The translations under genes and the position numbers were made by a program. A model generated the notes under the pieces. The model saw nothing but the letters and a program-made list of their open reading frames with translations. It did no database searches and was not told where the DNA came from. Below are positions 35,320 to 44,676 of a stretch of DNA of 64,000 bases, piece by piece; position 1 is the stretch's first letter, and every line of letters starts with the position of its first letter. Where the stretch lies: the sequence record MZ475898.1; one strand, given 5' to 3'.

Positions 35320-38100
35320 TTACATATAATCCATAGTAATCATGTTCGTCATAGGGTCGTTCATGAATACTGGAATACCATCCAATGAATGTGCATTGCC
35401 TGGGCGACCTTGAGCAGGAACAGGACCTTGCTGAGGAGTAGCAGCACCTGTAACTTTAGCCGTATCTGTTGGAGCAGGAGGCGGCGCTACAGGCTCAGGC
35501 ACTTCGGTACGAGCAACATCTCCTACAGATACTAGGGGCTGGTGATCGACTTCGGGCTGAGGTTGCTGCTTAGGCTCAATGCGTGATACTTGGTCCTGTA
35601 CTTCTTTAGGCTGTAGCCCACCAGCTTGCTCATCGTTGACACGCTTACGCGCAGCAGGCAGCTCCTGGCTGTTAATGTCTTTGCCTTGACCAGAAGCAAC
35701 GAGGTCTTGCATCTTACGGTCGTAGTCTGCTTGAGACTGCTTAGGCGTGACAGCACCTTTGCCAGTCAAGTCTGGGACGTTTTTGTTTGCATCCACTTGC
35801 GTGTTCGCATAGTCCTCAGGCTTACCAGTGCCTTTCTTCAACTCAGGGAACTTCTCTGCAATTCGGCGATCTTCATCGGACATATCTGTCAGCTTAGGCA
35901 TCTTTACAGACTTATTTAGGTCTGCCTCAGATACTTTGAGCAACACGTCCTTTTCGTTTTGAGCACGGTTCGCTACTGATTGTTGCGTCTGTGCTGAACT
36001 CGATTTGAAGTAACGATCGGTTGTCGCAGCTTTGTAGTCCTGAATGGTCTTAATCATATCCGCATCGGACATGGAGTTAACGTCTTTGCCTTTAAGAGCA
36101 TTGGCAATAACGCTAGTACCAGCACCATACTGAACTGCCGTGCTGTACATCAACTCCTTGACACCAGCACCACGCTTCGTCAAGTCCACACCAACATCGT
36201 TCTGCACTTTAGCAGCAAGCGGTGCGTAGTGAGTACGCGTAATGTAATCACCCTGTGCTTTATCGAACTCTTCTCCTTGAGTGTTAGCAACGTCCTTGTA
36301 CACAGAGTTGAACTGTGCTGTGCCCGGAGCAAGGCCACCGAAACGAGCAAGGAATGGTTTGCCTTCAGGACTGTTCAGGAAGTTAGTCATACTGCCTGTG
36401 TTAGTAGCAAGCTGGTGCTTACCGTAGCTTACACCACCAGCATCACCTGCGCCCGTAGACACAGTACCAACACCACGACCGCCTGATTCGAATTGCTCTG
36501 ACACTGAACCAAGACCGCCCTCAGCAATAGCCTTGTTAGCGATATCGGTTACTTGCTTGCTGTCCATACGACGAGAAGGCTGTGCACGGAACGGGCCTTG
36601 ATACTGACCAGCACCAGAGCCAGGCATACCACCAGCAAGAGCGCCTAAGTTAAACGGTACAACAACAGGTGCAGGAGTCTTAGACTTGTCCAAGTTCTCA
36701 AGCGTTGTGTCGTTGTATTCATCCATCTTCTCTTGGCGATCTTTCTCACCATCAGCAATCATCTTGTCAGAGGTGTCGGTAATCTTGTCAGACACGTACT
36801 CACCAACAGAGCTACCGAAGTAGTCACCTAGGATGCCGCCAATAGTAGCACCAAGAGCAGCGCCAGCAGCAGTCCCCGCTACAGGTACGACAGACCCCAA
36901 TATGCCACCAATCCAACCGCCAGCCACTGCGCCGATAGAGCCACCAGCAGTGCCACCAATGGCCGAGCCAGCAGCCTTCTTTTTAGCTCCAGCTTTCTCA
37001 GCATCTGTCATGTCCTGATCAGCATCGATGTGTTGAACATCATTTGCGTATGAAAGGCCATTACCTAACGCTGGACCGATTACAGGGATGCGCTTAGAAG
37101 CACCCATAAGCAGTGCGCTGGTTCCCGCAACTGCAACATCCTGAACAGCGGAAGGTGCAGTTGGTGTCTTAGCAGCGATAGTCTGTGCAGCACTATCGTC
37201 AGCTTGTGTTGTGTCTTGTTGTGCAACGGATGGATTAACCGCAGCAGGAACAATGTCAGGCTTACCTGCACCTTCGTTGCTTGCGTTGTCATCAACAGAA
37301 TCCGTGTCAGTCTTATCCTTGAGCCAGTTACCTACACCCAGACCAGCAGCGGCAGTAAGAGCAACAGCAGCAAACGATCCCCACTTACCAAGCTTACCCA
37401 AACGAGGGAAGCGCTCACGTAGAGGTCTGCGACGATTAGGCAAGTCACGACCTGGACCACGACGTTCACCACGGTTACGTCCATAGCGTCTACCACGTCT
37501 GCGACCTCTTCTGCGATCTGGCCCATCAAGGTCTATGCCTGGACCGTCATCCGCTGGTGGTGGACCATCGTCATTAGCAGACTTACCGCCTTCGCCATTC
37601 TGTTGTCCATACGGGTCAGACTTGGCTTTGTTCTTAGCGCGGAATGCTTCTGACTTCTCCCACGCTAACCATTCTTCCAGTGCTTTCTGCGTCTTCTGAT
37701 TGACTAACGTACCGTCACGAATAGCATCAACGATTTCATCACTGGAGCGCTCGCCTGAGATGAACAGGTCTTCAAGCGCAGACTCAACCTGTTTAGGATT
37801 CGGCACGGTAGCACGCGGCGATGGGTCCTGACTTAGGTTGATATTGATTGCACGTTCTTTCTCACGGGCAGCTTTACGCTCACGCACAGCACGGTTCTTA
37901 GCACGCGAACCTGGGCCAACATAATACTCGTCTTCATCATCCACGAGATCATCGTCGTGCATGTTAAACGAGAAGTCAGGACCTTTCTTCCGCGCTTTGC
38001 GTCCTTTAGGCATACCCGCTACAAAGGAGCCTAAGCCATCAGCGTGCTCGATCATTAGTTCGAGTGCAGACAGCTCTTTCTCTTGAGGCTTAGCCATCAT
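35320..38100 (-). CDS. Tape-measure-like protein with TM/Gly-zipper segments and a VgrG3-like muramidase domain
   Basis: 926 aa; LGSVSEQFESGGRGVGTVSTGAGDAGGVSYGKHQL lysozyme-like motif; Gly-zipper at aa ~380-430. Confidence 0.7.
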   Translation of the reverse strand: MMAKPQEKELSALELMIEHADGLGSFVAGMPKGRKARKKGPDFSFNMHDDDLVDDEDEYYVGPGSRAKNRAVRERKAAREKERAININLSQDPSPRATVPNPKQVESALEDLFISGERSSDEIVDAIRDGTLVNQKTQKALEEWLAWEKSEAFRAKNKAKSDPYGQQNGEGGKSANDDGPPPADDGPGIDLDGPDRRRGRRRGRRYGRNRGERRGPGRDLPNRRRPLRERFPRLGKLGKWGSFAAVALTAAAGLGVGNWLKDKTDTDSVDDNASNEGAGKPDIVPAAVNPSVAQQDTTQADDSAAQTIAAKTPTAPSAVQDVAVAGTSALLMGASKRIPVIGPALGNGLSYANDVQHIDADQDMTDAEKAGAKKKAAGSAIGGTAGGSIGAVAGGWIGGILGSVVPVAGTAAGAALGATIGGILGDYFGSSVGEYVSDKITDTSDKMIADGEKDRQEKMDEYNDTTLENLDKSKTPAPVVVPFNLGALAGGMPGSGAGQYQGPFRAQPSRRMDSKQVTDIANKAIAEGGLGSVSEQFESGGRGVGTVSTGAGDAGGVSYGKHQLATNTGSMTNFLNSPEGKPFLARFGGLAPGTAQFNSVYKDVANTQGEEFDKAQGDYITRTHYAPLAAKVQNDVGVDLTKRGAGVKELMYSTAVQYGAGTSVIANALKGKDVNSMSDADMIKTIQDYKAATTDRYFKSSSAQTQQSVANRAQNEKDVLLKVSEADLNKSVKMPKLTDMSDEDRRIAEKFPELKKGTGKPEDYANTQVDANKNVPDLTGKGAVTPKQSQADYDRKMQDLVASGQGKDINSQELPAARKRVNDEQAGGLQPKEVQDQVSRIEPKQQPQPEVDHQPLVSVGDVARTEVPEPVAPPPAPTDTAKVTGAATPQQGPVPAQGRPGNAHSLDGIPVFMNDPMTNMITMDYM

Positions 38101-38936
38101 TTACTCCTATTGCGCTTCGATTTCTCCAGCGCTCGGGCTTCTTCTGCTTTGTTCTTATCGTGAACGTAAGCACTATGCCAGTAGAGCAGTTTGTTTATAT
38201 TGATATTGTCTGGCACGTAAATGTTCTTGGCCGAGGCAAGGTCCAACGTCATGTTGTTCATTGACGTATCGGAGTACACACGCAAGTAACCCAAGATATT
38301 GATAGGGCTTTTGTGTTTGTACGTGCGGAAGCAGCGGTTACACTTGTGGGTTGTTTCCAACTCGCAGCTAATGTACTCGTAGCTTCCTGCATTAAGCAGC
38401 TCGGCAGGGTCCGTGTACAGGATGGTATCTTCCAGTGATAAATCGCTGTCCACGTAAAGCGCATTCATTACCTGTGTGCGTTCATACGTCTCTGCCAACA
38501 ACTCGGCTTCAATCCAACGCTGCACTGTAGGGTGACGAACACCAGCAGGTACATCATACCACTTGTGTTCAATGATGCGCTGCTTACTCACTTCCTCTGT
38601 GTTAAGCATATCACAAGGCACTTCAACGAACTTGCGACCACGTGGTCTGTCGTAATGACGTTCACCACGCATATCAACATAGAACGATTGCACACAGCGC
38701 CACTCATACAGACGGTGAGACTGAGGCCAACTGTTTCTGTCGAACATTGCAAGCATGTAGCGGAAGTCTTCCAAATACATATCGCGGACACGCACGTTGG
38801 TAAAACGTTGCAGCGTGTCAACAAAGAGGTCAGGCAGTTTATACTTCTGTGCGTTGTACAGGCTAGACATAGCATCAGCCGTGACCTGTTGAATACGCAC
38901 ATCGGTCCTGCCTGAGGGCAGATATATCTCTAACAT
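38097..38936 (-). CDS. Baseplate hub assembly chaperone (gp26/gp51-like), paralog 1
   Basis: 279 aa; N-terminal LPSG and late CNRC. Confidence 0.55.
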   Translation of the reverse strand: MLEIYLPSGRTDVRIQQVTADAMSSLYNAQKYKLPDLFVDTLQRFTNVRVRDMYLEDFRYMLAMFDRNSWPQSHRLYEWRCVQSFYVDMRGERHYDRPRGRKFVEVPCDMLNTEEVSKQRIIEHKWYDVPAGVRHPTVQRWIEAELLAETYERTQVMNALYVDSDLSLEDTILYTDPAELLNAGSYEYISCELETTHKCNRCFRTYKHKSPINILGYLRVYSDTSMNNMTLDLASAKNIYVPDNININKLLYWHSAYVHDKNKAEEARALEKSKRNRSK

Positions 38937-39619
38937 TAGCTGATAAAGATCTGAGGTGTCATTTCCCAGCGACGAGTCGAGTGACGGCCGCAGGAAGGAC
39001 AGAGCAGTTCAATATCATTGAGCACACCATGACGAGAAGCAAGCACCCACTCAGACAATTCAGTCCATAGCTTGAGGTCTTGTTGATCTTCTAAGCGTGC
39101 CATGTTGCGATCAAAGTTAGGACCAAGATGCGCTACGTGCCAGTTGAAAATATCTTCTGACGCGCGGTCATAATCACGCATACGAGGCAGGTCAAAGTGT
39201 TCATGCTCAGCAGTCAGCACCGCGATTGTCATAGACGAATCATCGATGATACCCACGTTACGGCTGGCGCACGGGAAGGTGTTGATAACGCCTGCGTCCG
39301 TACGTAATTCGTTGACGATACCATCAGAATATTCAAACAGAGGTTTCTTACACTGCCAGTATGTGCGCAGCGGCACAACAGGCGACATGAACATGCGTTG
39401 CTGGAATACAAGTGCGTGCGCATCAGGTATTGTCAGCTCATCCAGACTGACGTTCAGGCAAGGGGCTAGAGCATCAAGCAAGATGTAGCGCATATCTTTT
39501 GTTTCAACTGCTTTGGCGATAGCACGGTTCTGTCTGCCGCTAAAGTGTGTCATCTCAAACGACTCAGGCAGGTTAGCCTTGTAGCCGCGTGACGGTAAGC
39601 TCGCTGTTTGAATTTCCAT
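38936..39619 (-). CDS. Baseplate hub assembly chaperone (gp26/gp51-like), paralog 2
   Basis: Start re-called at ATG 39619 (MEIQTASLPSRG) just after the tube stop; C-terminal CPSC. Confidence 0.55.
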   Translation of the reverse strand: MEIQTASLPSRGYKANLPESFEMTHFSGRQNRAIAKAVETKDMRYILLDALAPCLNVSLDELTIPDAHALVFQQRMFMSPVVPLRTYWQCKKPLFEYSDGIVNELRTDAGVINTFPCASRNVGIIDDSSMTIAVLTAEHEHFDLPRMRDYDRASEDIFNWHVAHLGPNFDRNMARLEDQQDLKLWTELSEWVLASRHGVLNDIELLCPSCGRHSTRRWEMTPQIFIS

Positions 39620-39626
39620 AATGATC

Positions 39627-40142
39627 TCAACTAAATTCAGGGATTTGGGCATCAAGCTGCATTTGCACTGACCATACACCACGGCCGCCTGTGCCGTTAA
39701 GTTGTATGCCTTGCCCACCCACTGGCCAACAGTTACGAAGCTGCATAGCGGCAACCATTTTTCCTTGGTTGTCGTACAGTTCAATGAACATATTCTTTTT
39801 ATAAGCTGACGGTAAACGCATACCGCCTGTGTACGGATTCTGAATCAGGTTCTGCCACGCTGTGAAATACTTCATTACAGCAAGACGTTGGTCGATACCG
39901 AACATCAGATTGAATCCGTCAATGCTGGAACCATGTGGCCAGTTGATTGCTACAGAAGCCACTTCTTTTGATTTAGACTGAAAGACAGAGAACGGCAAAT
40001 CGACTTCTTCACACGCAAAAGGACTGAGTGACACACCGCCCATTGTAGGAAACTCACGGATGCGCCACTTGTCCAGCATGAAGGGATCGTCTAAGCCAGG
40101 TGCAGATGTGTCTTGCAGGTCAGCAAGCGTCGGCAGCGGCAT
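39627..40142 (-). CDS. Tail tube protein paralog
   Basis: 171 aa; KKNMFIELYDNQGKMV...LRNCWP tube (gp19-like) motif. Confidence 0.75.
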   Translation of the reverse strand: MPLPTLADLQDTSAPGLDDPFMLDKWRIREFPTMGGVSLSPFACEEVDLPFSVFQSKSKEVASVAINWPHGSSIDGFNLMFGIDQRLAVMKYFTAWQNLIQNPYTGGMRLPSAYKKNMFIELYDNQGKMVAAMQLRNCWPVGGQGIQLNGTGGRGVWSVQMQLDAQIPEFS

Positions 40143-40144
40143 GA

Positions 40145-40822
40145 TCAGTCCTCTACAATAATAAGCACAGGTCTAACAGCATCATCGAACTTGATGAACG
40201 CAGCGCCAACAAGATAGCCACCCTTCTCTACTTGTTTCACGACGGCCTTTTCAAGATCTGTTTCCCACTTATCGCGCTGTGCGGGTTTGTAAGAAGCAAA
40301 CGTCTCAGAAGCATCGTAGTAGTTATAGGTACCACCAGTAGGCATTGGGATACGTGCAAGGAACTCTAAGCGACTACAGTTCTTGAACGGGGTCTTGCGC
40401 AGCTCTTGCGTCAGCTTGGAGTTCTCTGATTTAGAGCCAGGCACAGCGGTGAATACTTTCTTAGGCTGAGGCTCACGAGGAGCAGCAGGCATCTTCTCAC
40501 GCGCTGGCGTATTCTTGTCGCTGGCTTTCTTAACACGAATACCAGAAACAGTCCCTGTGAATGGACGACTGCGACCAAGCAACGAACGTGCGGCCGTAGC
40601 GTCAACAACAAACACAACAGACGGGTCATCACGGTGCAGCACATAGAACTTGTTACGTGCAGCGGCCTTGATACCGAATACGTCTTTGTCCTCAATATCC
40701 GCTTCGTGTTCTTTGTTCTCGATACTGACCTTGCGCTTACCTTCAAAGCGATACCAGTCGCAGTCATTGATAGACACGATAGGTGTTTTGCGTGAAGCAC
40801 TCTCGCTCAGAAAAATAAGCAT
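40145..40822 (-). CDS. Hypothetical virion protein with SESAS leader and shared ~70-aa domain
   Basis: 225 aa; MLIFLSESAS...DWYRFEG...DVFGI...SRPF. Confidence 0.7.
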   Translation of the reverse strand: MLIFLSESASRKTPIVSINDCDWYRFEGKRKVSIENKEHEADIEDKDVFGIKAAARNKFYVLHRDDPSVVFVVDATAARSLLGRSRPFTGTVSGIRVKKASDKNTPAREKMPAAPREPQPKKVFTAVPGSKSENSKLTQELRKTPFKNCSRLEFLARIPMPTGGTYNYYDASETFASYKPAQRDKWETDLEKAVVKQVEKGGYLVGAAFIKFDDAVRPVLIIVED

Positions 40823-40842
40823 GGTATCTCCAGGAAACGAGA

Positions 40843-40865
40843 AAGGGCCAAAACATCTGGCCCTT
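40843..40865 (-). terminator. Hairpin/terminator after the major tube gene
   Basis: AAGGGCCA...TGGCCCTT inverted repeat. Confidence 0.5.
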
Positions 40866-40870
40866 AGTTA

Positions 40871-41383
40871 TTACGATGCGAGTTCAACGTAGTCGAAGGA
40901 CCATTCGATTGAGATCGGTACAGCCTGTGCAGCGCCAGAGAAGCTCAGGTCAGGAACCTGCTTCGGCCACACACCGAACACGTTGTATTCTGCAACCACA
41001 GAACCATCCATATCAAAGATACGGAAGATAGCTTTGGTTGAGTAGTCCGCTTTCTTCGCACCCAACTGAGTCTGCGTAGCACGAACGAGTTCATGCCATG
41101 CTTCCAGTTGTTTGTACACAGCCATCTCTGAGTTCTCGTTATACTCAGTAGAGATTGTGTGCGAGAAGGTTTTACGACCCGCGTAGTTAAGCTGGTGGCC
41201 GAACGCTTCTTTCAATACTTCTTCCAGCGTTGAGCCAGGCTTAACGCCAGTCTTACAGAAGATACGCAGAGTACGCGCATAGTCTGTACCACCAACTGGC
41301 GGGTTCGGAATCAGGAACTCGAAGTTGTCATCGAGTAACGGATCGAGCGTAGACGAAAATTCGTCAAGAGTTACCTTTGGCAT
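40871..41383 (-). CDS. Tail tube protein (gp19-like)
   Basis: 170 aa; YSTKAIFRIFDMDGSVVAEYNVFGVWP...WSFDY; follows the sheath gene. Confidence 0.88.
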   Translation of the reverse strand: MPKVTLDEFSSTLDPLLDDNFEFLIPNPPVGGTDYARTLRIFCKTGVKPGSTLEEVLKEAFGHQLNYAGRKTFSHTISTEYNENSEMAVYKQLEAWHELVRATQTQLGAKKADYSTKAIFRIFDMDGSVVAEYNVFGVWPKQVPDLSFSGAAQAVPISIEWSFDYVELAS

Positions 41384-41393
41384 CTAAAGCTCC

Positions 41394-43079
41394 TTAGATT
41401 GCGCCAGACTGGATGAGTTGCAGCGCGTACTGGATATCGCCAACAGGTGGCACGATAGCAGTTACGTGAATGCGTTTAGTGTAGCGAGTCGGGTCAAGGA
41501 AAATATCGATGATCAGATCGCCACGCGCTTCGTCTTCTGCGGTGTTGTTGGTATAGTCACAAGTAACTGCATACCAACGCAGGCCACGACCGGTCTTAAT
41601 CGGTTCGAGGATTGCTTCCATCGCAGACTTCTGGCGCTGCTTCAGGATGTCATCGTTCGGCTCAAACACGGCGCTAAGGTTGTTAGCACGCGCAGATGCA
41701 TGAAGCATCGCAAGCAGACGACGTACACCGATATCCTGAAGAGGAGACTTCGTGGTGTAAGTGGTATCAGCACCCCACATGAAGATGCCTTCACCTTCGA
41801 AGATAGCAATCGGGTTGATTTGGTTCTCAACCAGAATATCGCGATCCCCGAGTTTGAAGCGATAGCGCACATCAGTAGCGAAGTCCAGTTTACCACGTTG
41901 CAGACCGCCAGGAGCAAGCCATGAAGCAACTTGGTCAGCAGTCAACATGCAGTAAGCAGAACACACAGACGCAGGCACATAGAAGTCGCGTGCGTTGTCG
42001 TTGTCGCGTGCTTTAACATCGGAGTTAGCCAGAGAAGACCAAGAACCCGTGATAGAGAACTCAGCGTTCTGGTACTCTTTGTTGCCACGACGATACGCAA
42101 CAGCGTTGTCACGACCTTGCAGCAGCACAGGGATACCGTGCGTTGCAATACAGTCCATGCGAGACTCGGCCAGGGTGTCAATCTTGTTGGCAATCACTGG
42201 ATGCTCAAGACCACCAGAGCACAGGATGCCAGCTTGAATGTCTTCCCAATCGCGGTAGTTATCCCACGCACTGACGACAGCGCTCAGACTCTGGTTCGCT
42301 ATAGTTGCATCGGAGTGATCGACGTCAATAACAGCACCATCAGAACCGCCAGTAAACTGACCGTTAACTGCATCAGGGTCCGTAGGATCAGCTGGCCCAC
42401 CACCGATAGCATTGATGACCACATAGTTTGGGTCCTCCAGCAATTTGTAGTGATCGGTATTCAGCTTGACACGGATATACTTGGACGCTGTGTTGATAAC
42501 GTCTTCAATATAGAACTGATTGCCAGCTTCGTCTTTGTAGTAACGAGTAGTCACCACGTGGGTTTCGAGTGCTGTCAGGTAACCTGTCTGATACACTTTG
42601 ATGATGGACTTAATGCCCAGTGCATCAGTCACGTCAGGCTCAAACGTGATGTACAGGTTGTTCGCCGCTGCATACTGAGACAAGGAATAAATCAGGCAAA
42701 TGTCGCGGGTAGAGAAAGCGACTTGCTCTGGGTCATCTAATCCAGCATCACCCAGAGGGCGGCAGGTGGCGAAGTTGTTATAAGTTGTGAGGAACACACC
42801 TGCGTACTTGACAGAGAGAGCGACACGCGTAATGTTCAGCTTGGTCGCCTTCGTCATCAGAATCTTAGCGATCTGAACGTTGTTGGCATACTGACCGGTC
42901 GCTGGACCAAACAGGGCATCAATCTCGTCTTTGCTTGTCACAGTTGTGTTAACGCCAACAGGACCTCGTGGGAACGGCAGCACAAGAGTACACATGCCAA
43001 AAGTGACAAGTGACGCTTGGTTACTGCGGTCGTTCTCCATCGAGTAAACCCCAGGAGAGGGGTGATTCGGAATTAACAT
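41394..43079 (-). CDS. Tail sheath protein (gp18-like)
   Basis: 561 aa; SPGVYSMEND, WLAPGGLQRG, INPIAIF...GIFMWGADT, VRRLL, VFEPND. Confidence 0.95.
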   Translation of the reverse strand: MLIPNHPSPGVYSMENDRSNQASLVTFGMCTLVLPFPRGPVGVNTTVTSKDEIDALFGPATGQYANNVQIAKILMTKATKLNITRVALSVKYAGVFLTTYNNFATCRPLGDAGLDDPEQVAFSTRDICLIYSLSQYAAANNLYITFEPDVTDALGIKSIIKVYQTGYLTALETHVVTTRYYKDEAGNQFYIEDVINTASKYIRVKLNTDHYKLLEDPNYVVINAIGGGPADPTDPDAVNGQFTGGSDGAVIDVDHSDATIANQSLSAVVSAWDNYRDWEDIQAGILCSGGLEHPVIANKIDTLAESRMDCIATHGIPVLLQGRDNAVAYRRGNKEYQNAEFSITGSWSSLANSDVKARDNDNARDFYVPASVCSAYCMLTADQVASWLAPGGLQRGKLDFATDVRYRFKLGDRDILVENQINPIAIFEGEGIFMWGADTTYTTKSPLQDIGVRRLLAMLHASARANNLSAVFEPNDDILKQRQKSAMEAILEPIKTGRGLRWYAVTCDYTNNTAEDEARGDLIIDIFLDPTRYTKRIHVTAIVPPVGDIQYALQLIQSGAI

Positions 43080-43121
43080 CGTGAATCTCCATAAGAGAGG
43101 GTATCGTGCAACGACTGGTGT

Positions 43122-43129
43122 AAATTAGC
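43122..43129 (-). promoter_or_regulatory. Candidate late promoter motif GCTAATTT
   Basis: 43 nt upstream of the sheath ATG. Confidence 0.55.
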
Positions 43130-43135
43130 GTGTTG

Positions 43136-43480
43136 TCAGTAGCAAATCACATTAACACGCTGATCAACGTCACTTACCAGAACACTTTTATCCATAGAGC
43201 CAGTAAGAGTAAACTGACCTTCGATAATCATCTGGCCTCCAGCGAATTGCAGAATAATAGGCTCAGCAGTATCAATATACAACAAGCCTACAACAGCAGG
43301 CAGTTGATAGCCCGTAGGCCCTACAATAACAGACTGCATCTGATACAGGCCATCAAGAGGAATACCTACTGCATGAGACTGACGCTTGAGCACTTCGTTT
43401 TGATTAGAAGTAACTGAACGCACACGGCTGTCAATGACAAGCGTACGGTCGAGCTTACGATACTTTTGGCGCGTATACAT
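43136..43480 (-). CDS. Hypothetical protein
   Basis: 114 aa, coupled to the upstream gene. Confidence 0.65.
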   Translation of the reverse strand: MYTRQKYRKLDRTLVIDSRVRSVTSNQNEVLKRQSHAVGIPLDGLYQMQSVIVGPTGYQLPAVVGLLYIDTAEPIILQFAGGQMIIEGQFTLTGSMDKSVLVSDVDQRVNVICY

Positions 43481-44151
43481 TACTCTTCCTCTTCGTCGTC
43501 AGGCAGCCCCAAGTCCATATCGATCTCAACGTTCTCGGAGACTTCACCGTAGTTGTTGATTTTCGCTTGTTCGAGGTTAAAGCCAATCTTTGTTTTAATC
43601 GAGAACGGGATTTCAAGTTCAAAGCTGCCAGGCGTTGAGCCTTCATCAAGGTTATCGATAGCAGGCATTGGGATGCTGTCGCCGTCAAGCAACACACGCA
43701 CAGTCCAGGCGGACGTAGGCATCTCAATCTTAAAGCTGAGCAGTTCCGTGATAGACGCAATCAACAGTTGCTGCGTGAACAACAGCGCTTGGTCGATATC
43801 CAAGAACTTGATGAAGAAGCTACCACTCATCGTTACAGGGAAGTAGTAGTTGGTGACGACAATAGCGTTGGTGTCGTCTTTGCCCATCGCCCAGCCAGAA
43901 CCAAAGCGAGCAACATTCTTAGGGTTGCCCAGCAGTTCGCGGTCGAATGCGATAGTGGACAACTTGAACCAACCGTAAGGATATTCTGTGCTCTGATTGT
44001 TATTGGCACGAATACCTTGCTTAGGGTTGTTGTGTACAGACCACACAAAGCGCTTTAGACCAAAGCCTCGGCATAGTTGTCGCTGTACTCCGAAAATCGA
44101 GGTGCGCAATGAAGTAGAGTTCTTCATCAGACCTGTAATGTTTACCGTCAT
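43480..44151 (-). CDS. Tail completion/sheath terminator-like protein
   Basis: 223 aa between the head and sheath genes; call is by position and beta-rich composition. Confidence 0.5.
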   Translation of the reverse strand: MTVNITGLMKNSTSLRTSIFGVQRQLCRGFGLKRFVWSVHNNPKQGIRANNNQSTEYPYGWFKLSTIAFDRELLGNPKNVARFGSGWAMGKDDTNAIVVTNYYFPVTMSGSFFIKFLDIDQALLFTQQLLIASITELLSFKIEMPTSAWTVRVLLDGDSIPMPAIDNLDEGSTPGSFELEIPFSIKTKIGFNLEQAKINNYGEVSENVEIDMDLGLPDDEEEE

Positions 44152-44170
44152 TTGTGGTACCCCAGATACG

Positions 44171-44198
44171 AAAAAGGGCAGCCGAAGCCACCCTTTTG
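44171..44198 (-). terminator. Intrinsic terminator with UUCG loop
   Basis: Minus strand GGGTGGC-TTCG-GCTGCCC followed by TTTTT. Confidence 0.8.
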
Positions 44199-44216
44199 GT
44201 TACCCGTAATCGGGTG

Positions 44217-44621
44217 CTAGTCGAGACGCAAGCGAATCAGCGAGCTAGACTCAGAATCAACAACGGTAACGTCATCTTCATCGTCCAGGTCTTCTTCGTC
44301 TTCAACATCATCCGCAGAATCATCTTCGGAGGTATTGAGACTAACTACTTCATCGTCATACAACGACTCGGCTCTTTCTTCCTCGGCAGTAAGCGCTAAG
44401 GCCGCAGACAGAGCAGTAACCGAATCAGCCATGCTTGACGCACCACTCACGGAATTAACGAGGCAGTTAGCTTCGAAGTTATCAGTGAGTTCGCATTCAA
44501 GAAACTGATCAGCATCGGGAGCAACAGCAGCTTGAGTTAACAAGCGAGCTACGTCCAACCACTGTCCGTCACGCGCGGCGACAATTGCCAGTGCAGCTAA
44601 GGAACCAGATAAGGTCTTCAT
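44217..44621 (-). CDS. Small acidic head-associated protein
   Basis: 134 aa; acidic tail; NSVSG, ALSA and DSESS motifs. Confidence 0.65.
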   Translation of the reverse strand: MKTLSGSLAALAIVAARDGQWLDVARLLTQAAVAPDADQFLECELTDNFEANCLVNSVSGASSMADSVTALSAALALTAEEERAESLYDDEVVSLNTSEDDSADDVEDEEDLDDEDDVTVVDSESSSLIRLRLD

Positions 44622-44638
44622 GTTTGGTCCTCAGTGAA

Positions 44639-44660
44639 GAGGGCAGCTTATGCCACCCTC
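44639..44660 (-). terminator. Hairpin downstream of the capsid gene
   Basis: Minus strand GAGGGTGGC-ATAA-GCTGCCCTC. Confidence 0.55.
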
Positions 44661-44676
44661 AGATTGCACAACAATT

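Noticed and set aside
39620-39784. 5' extension of the 282-aa ORF-track call
   Set aside because: Overlaps the tube paralog; the paralog comparison places the start at 39619
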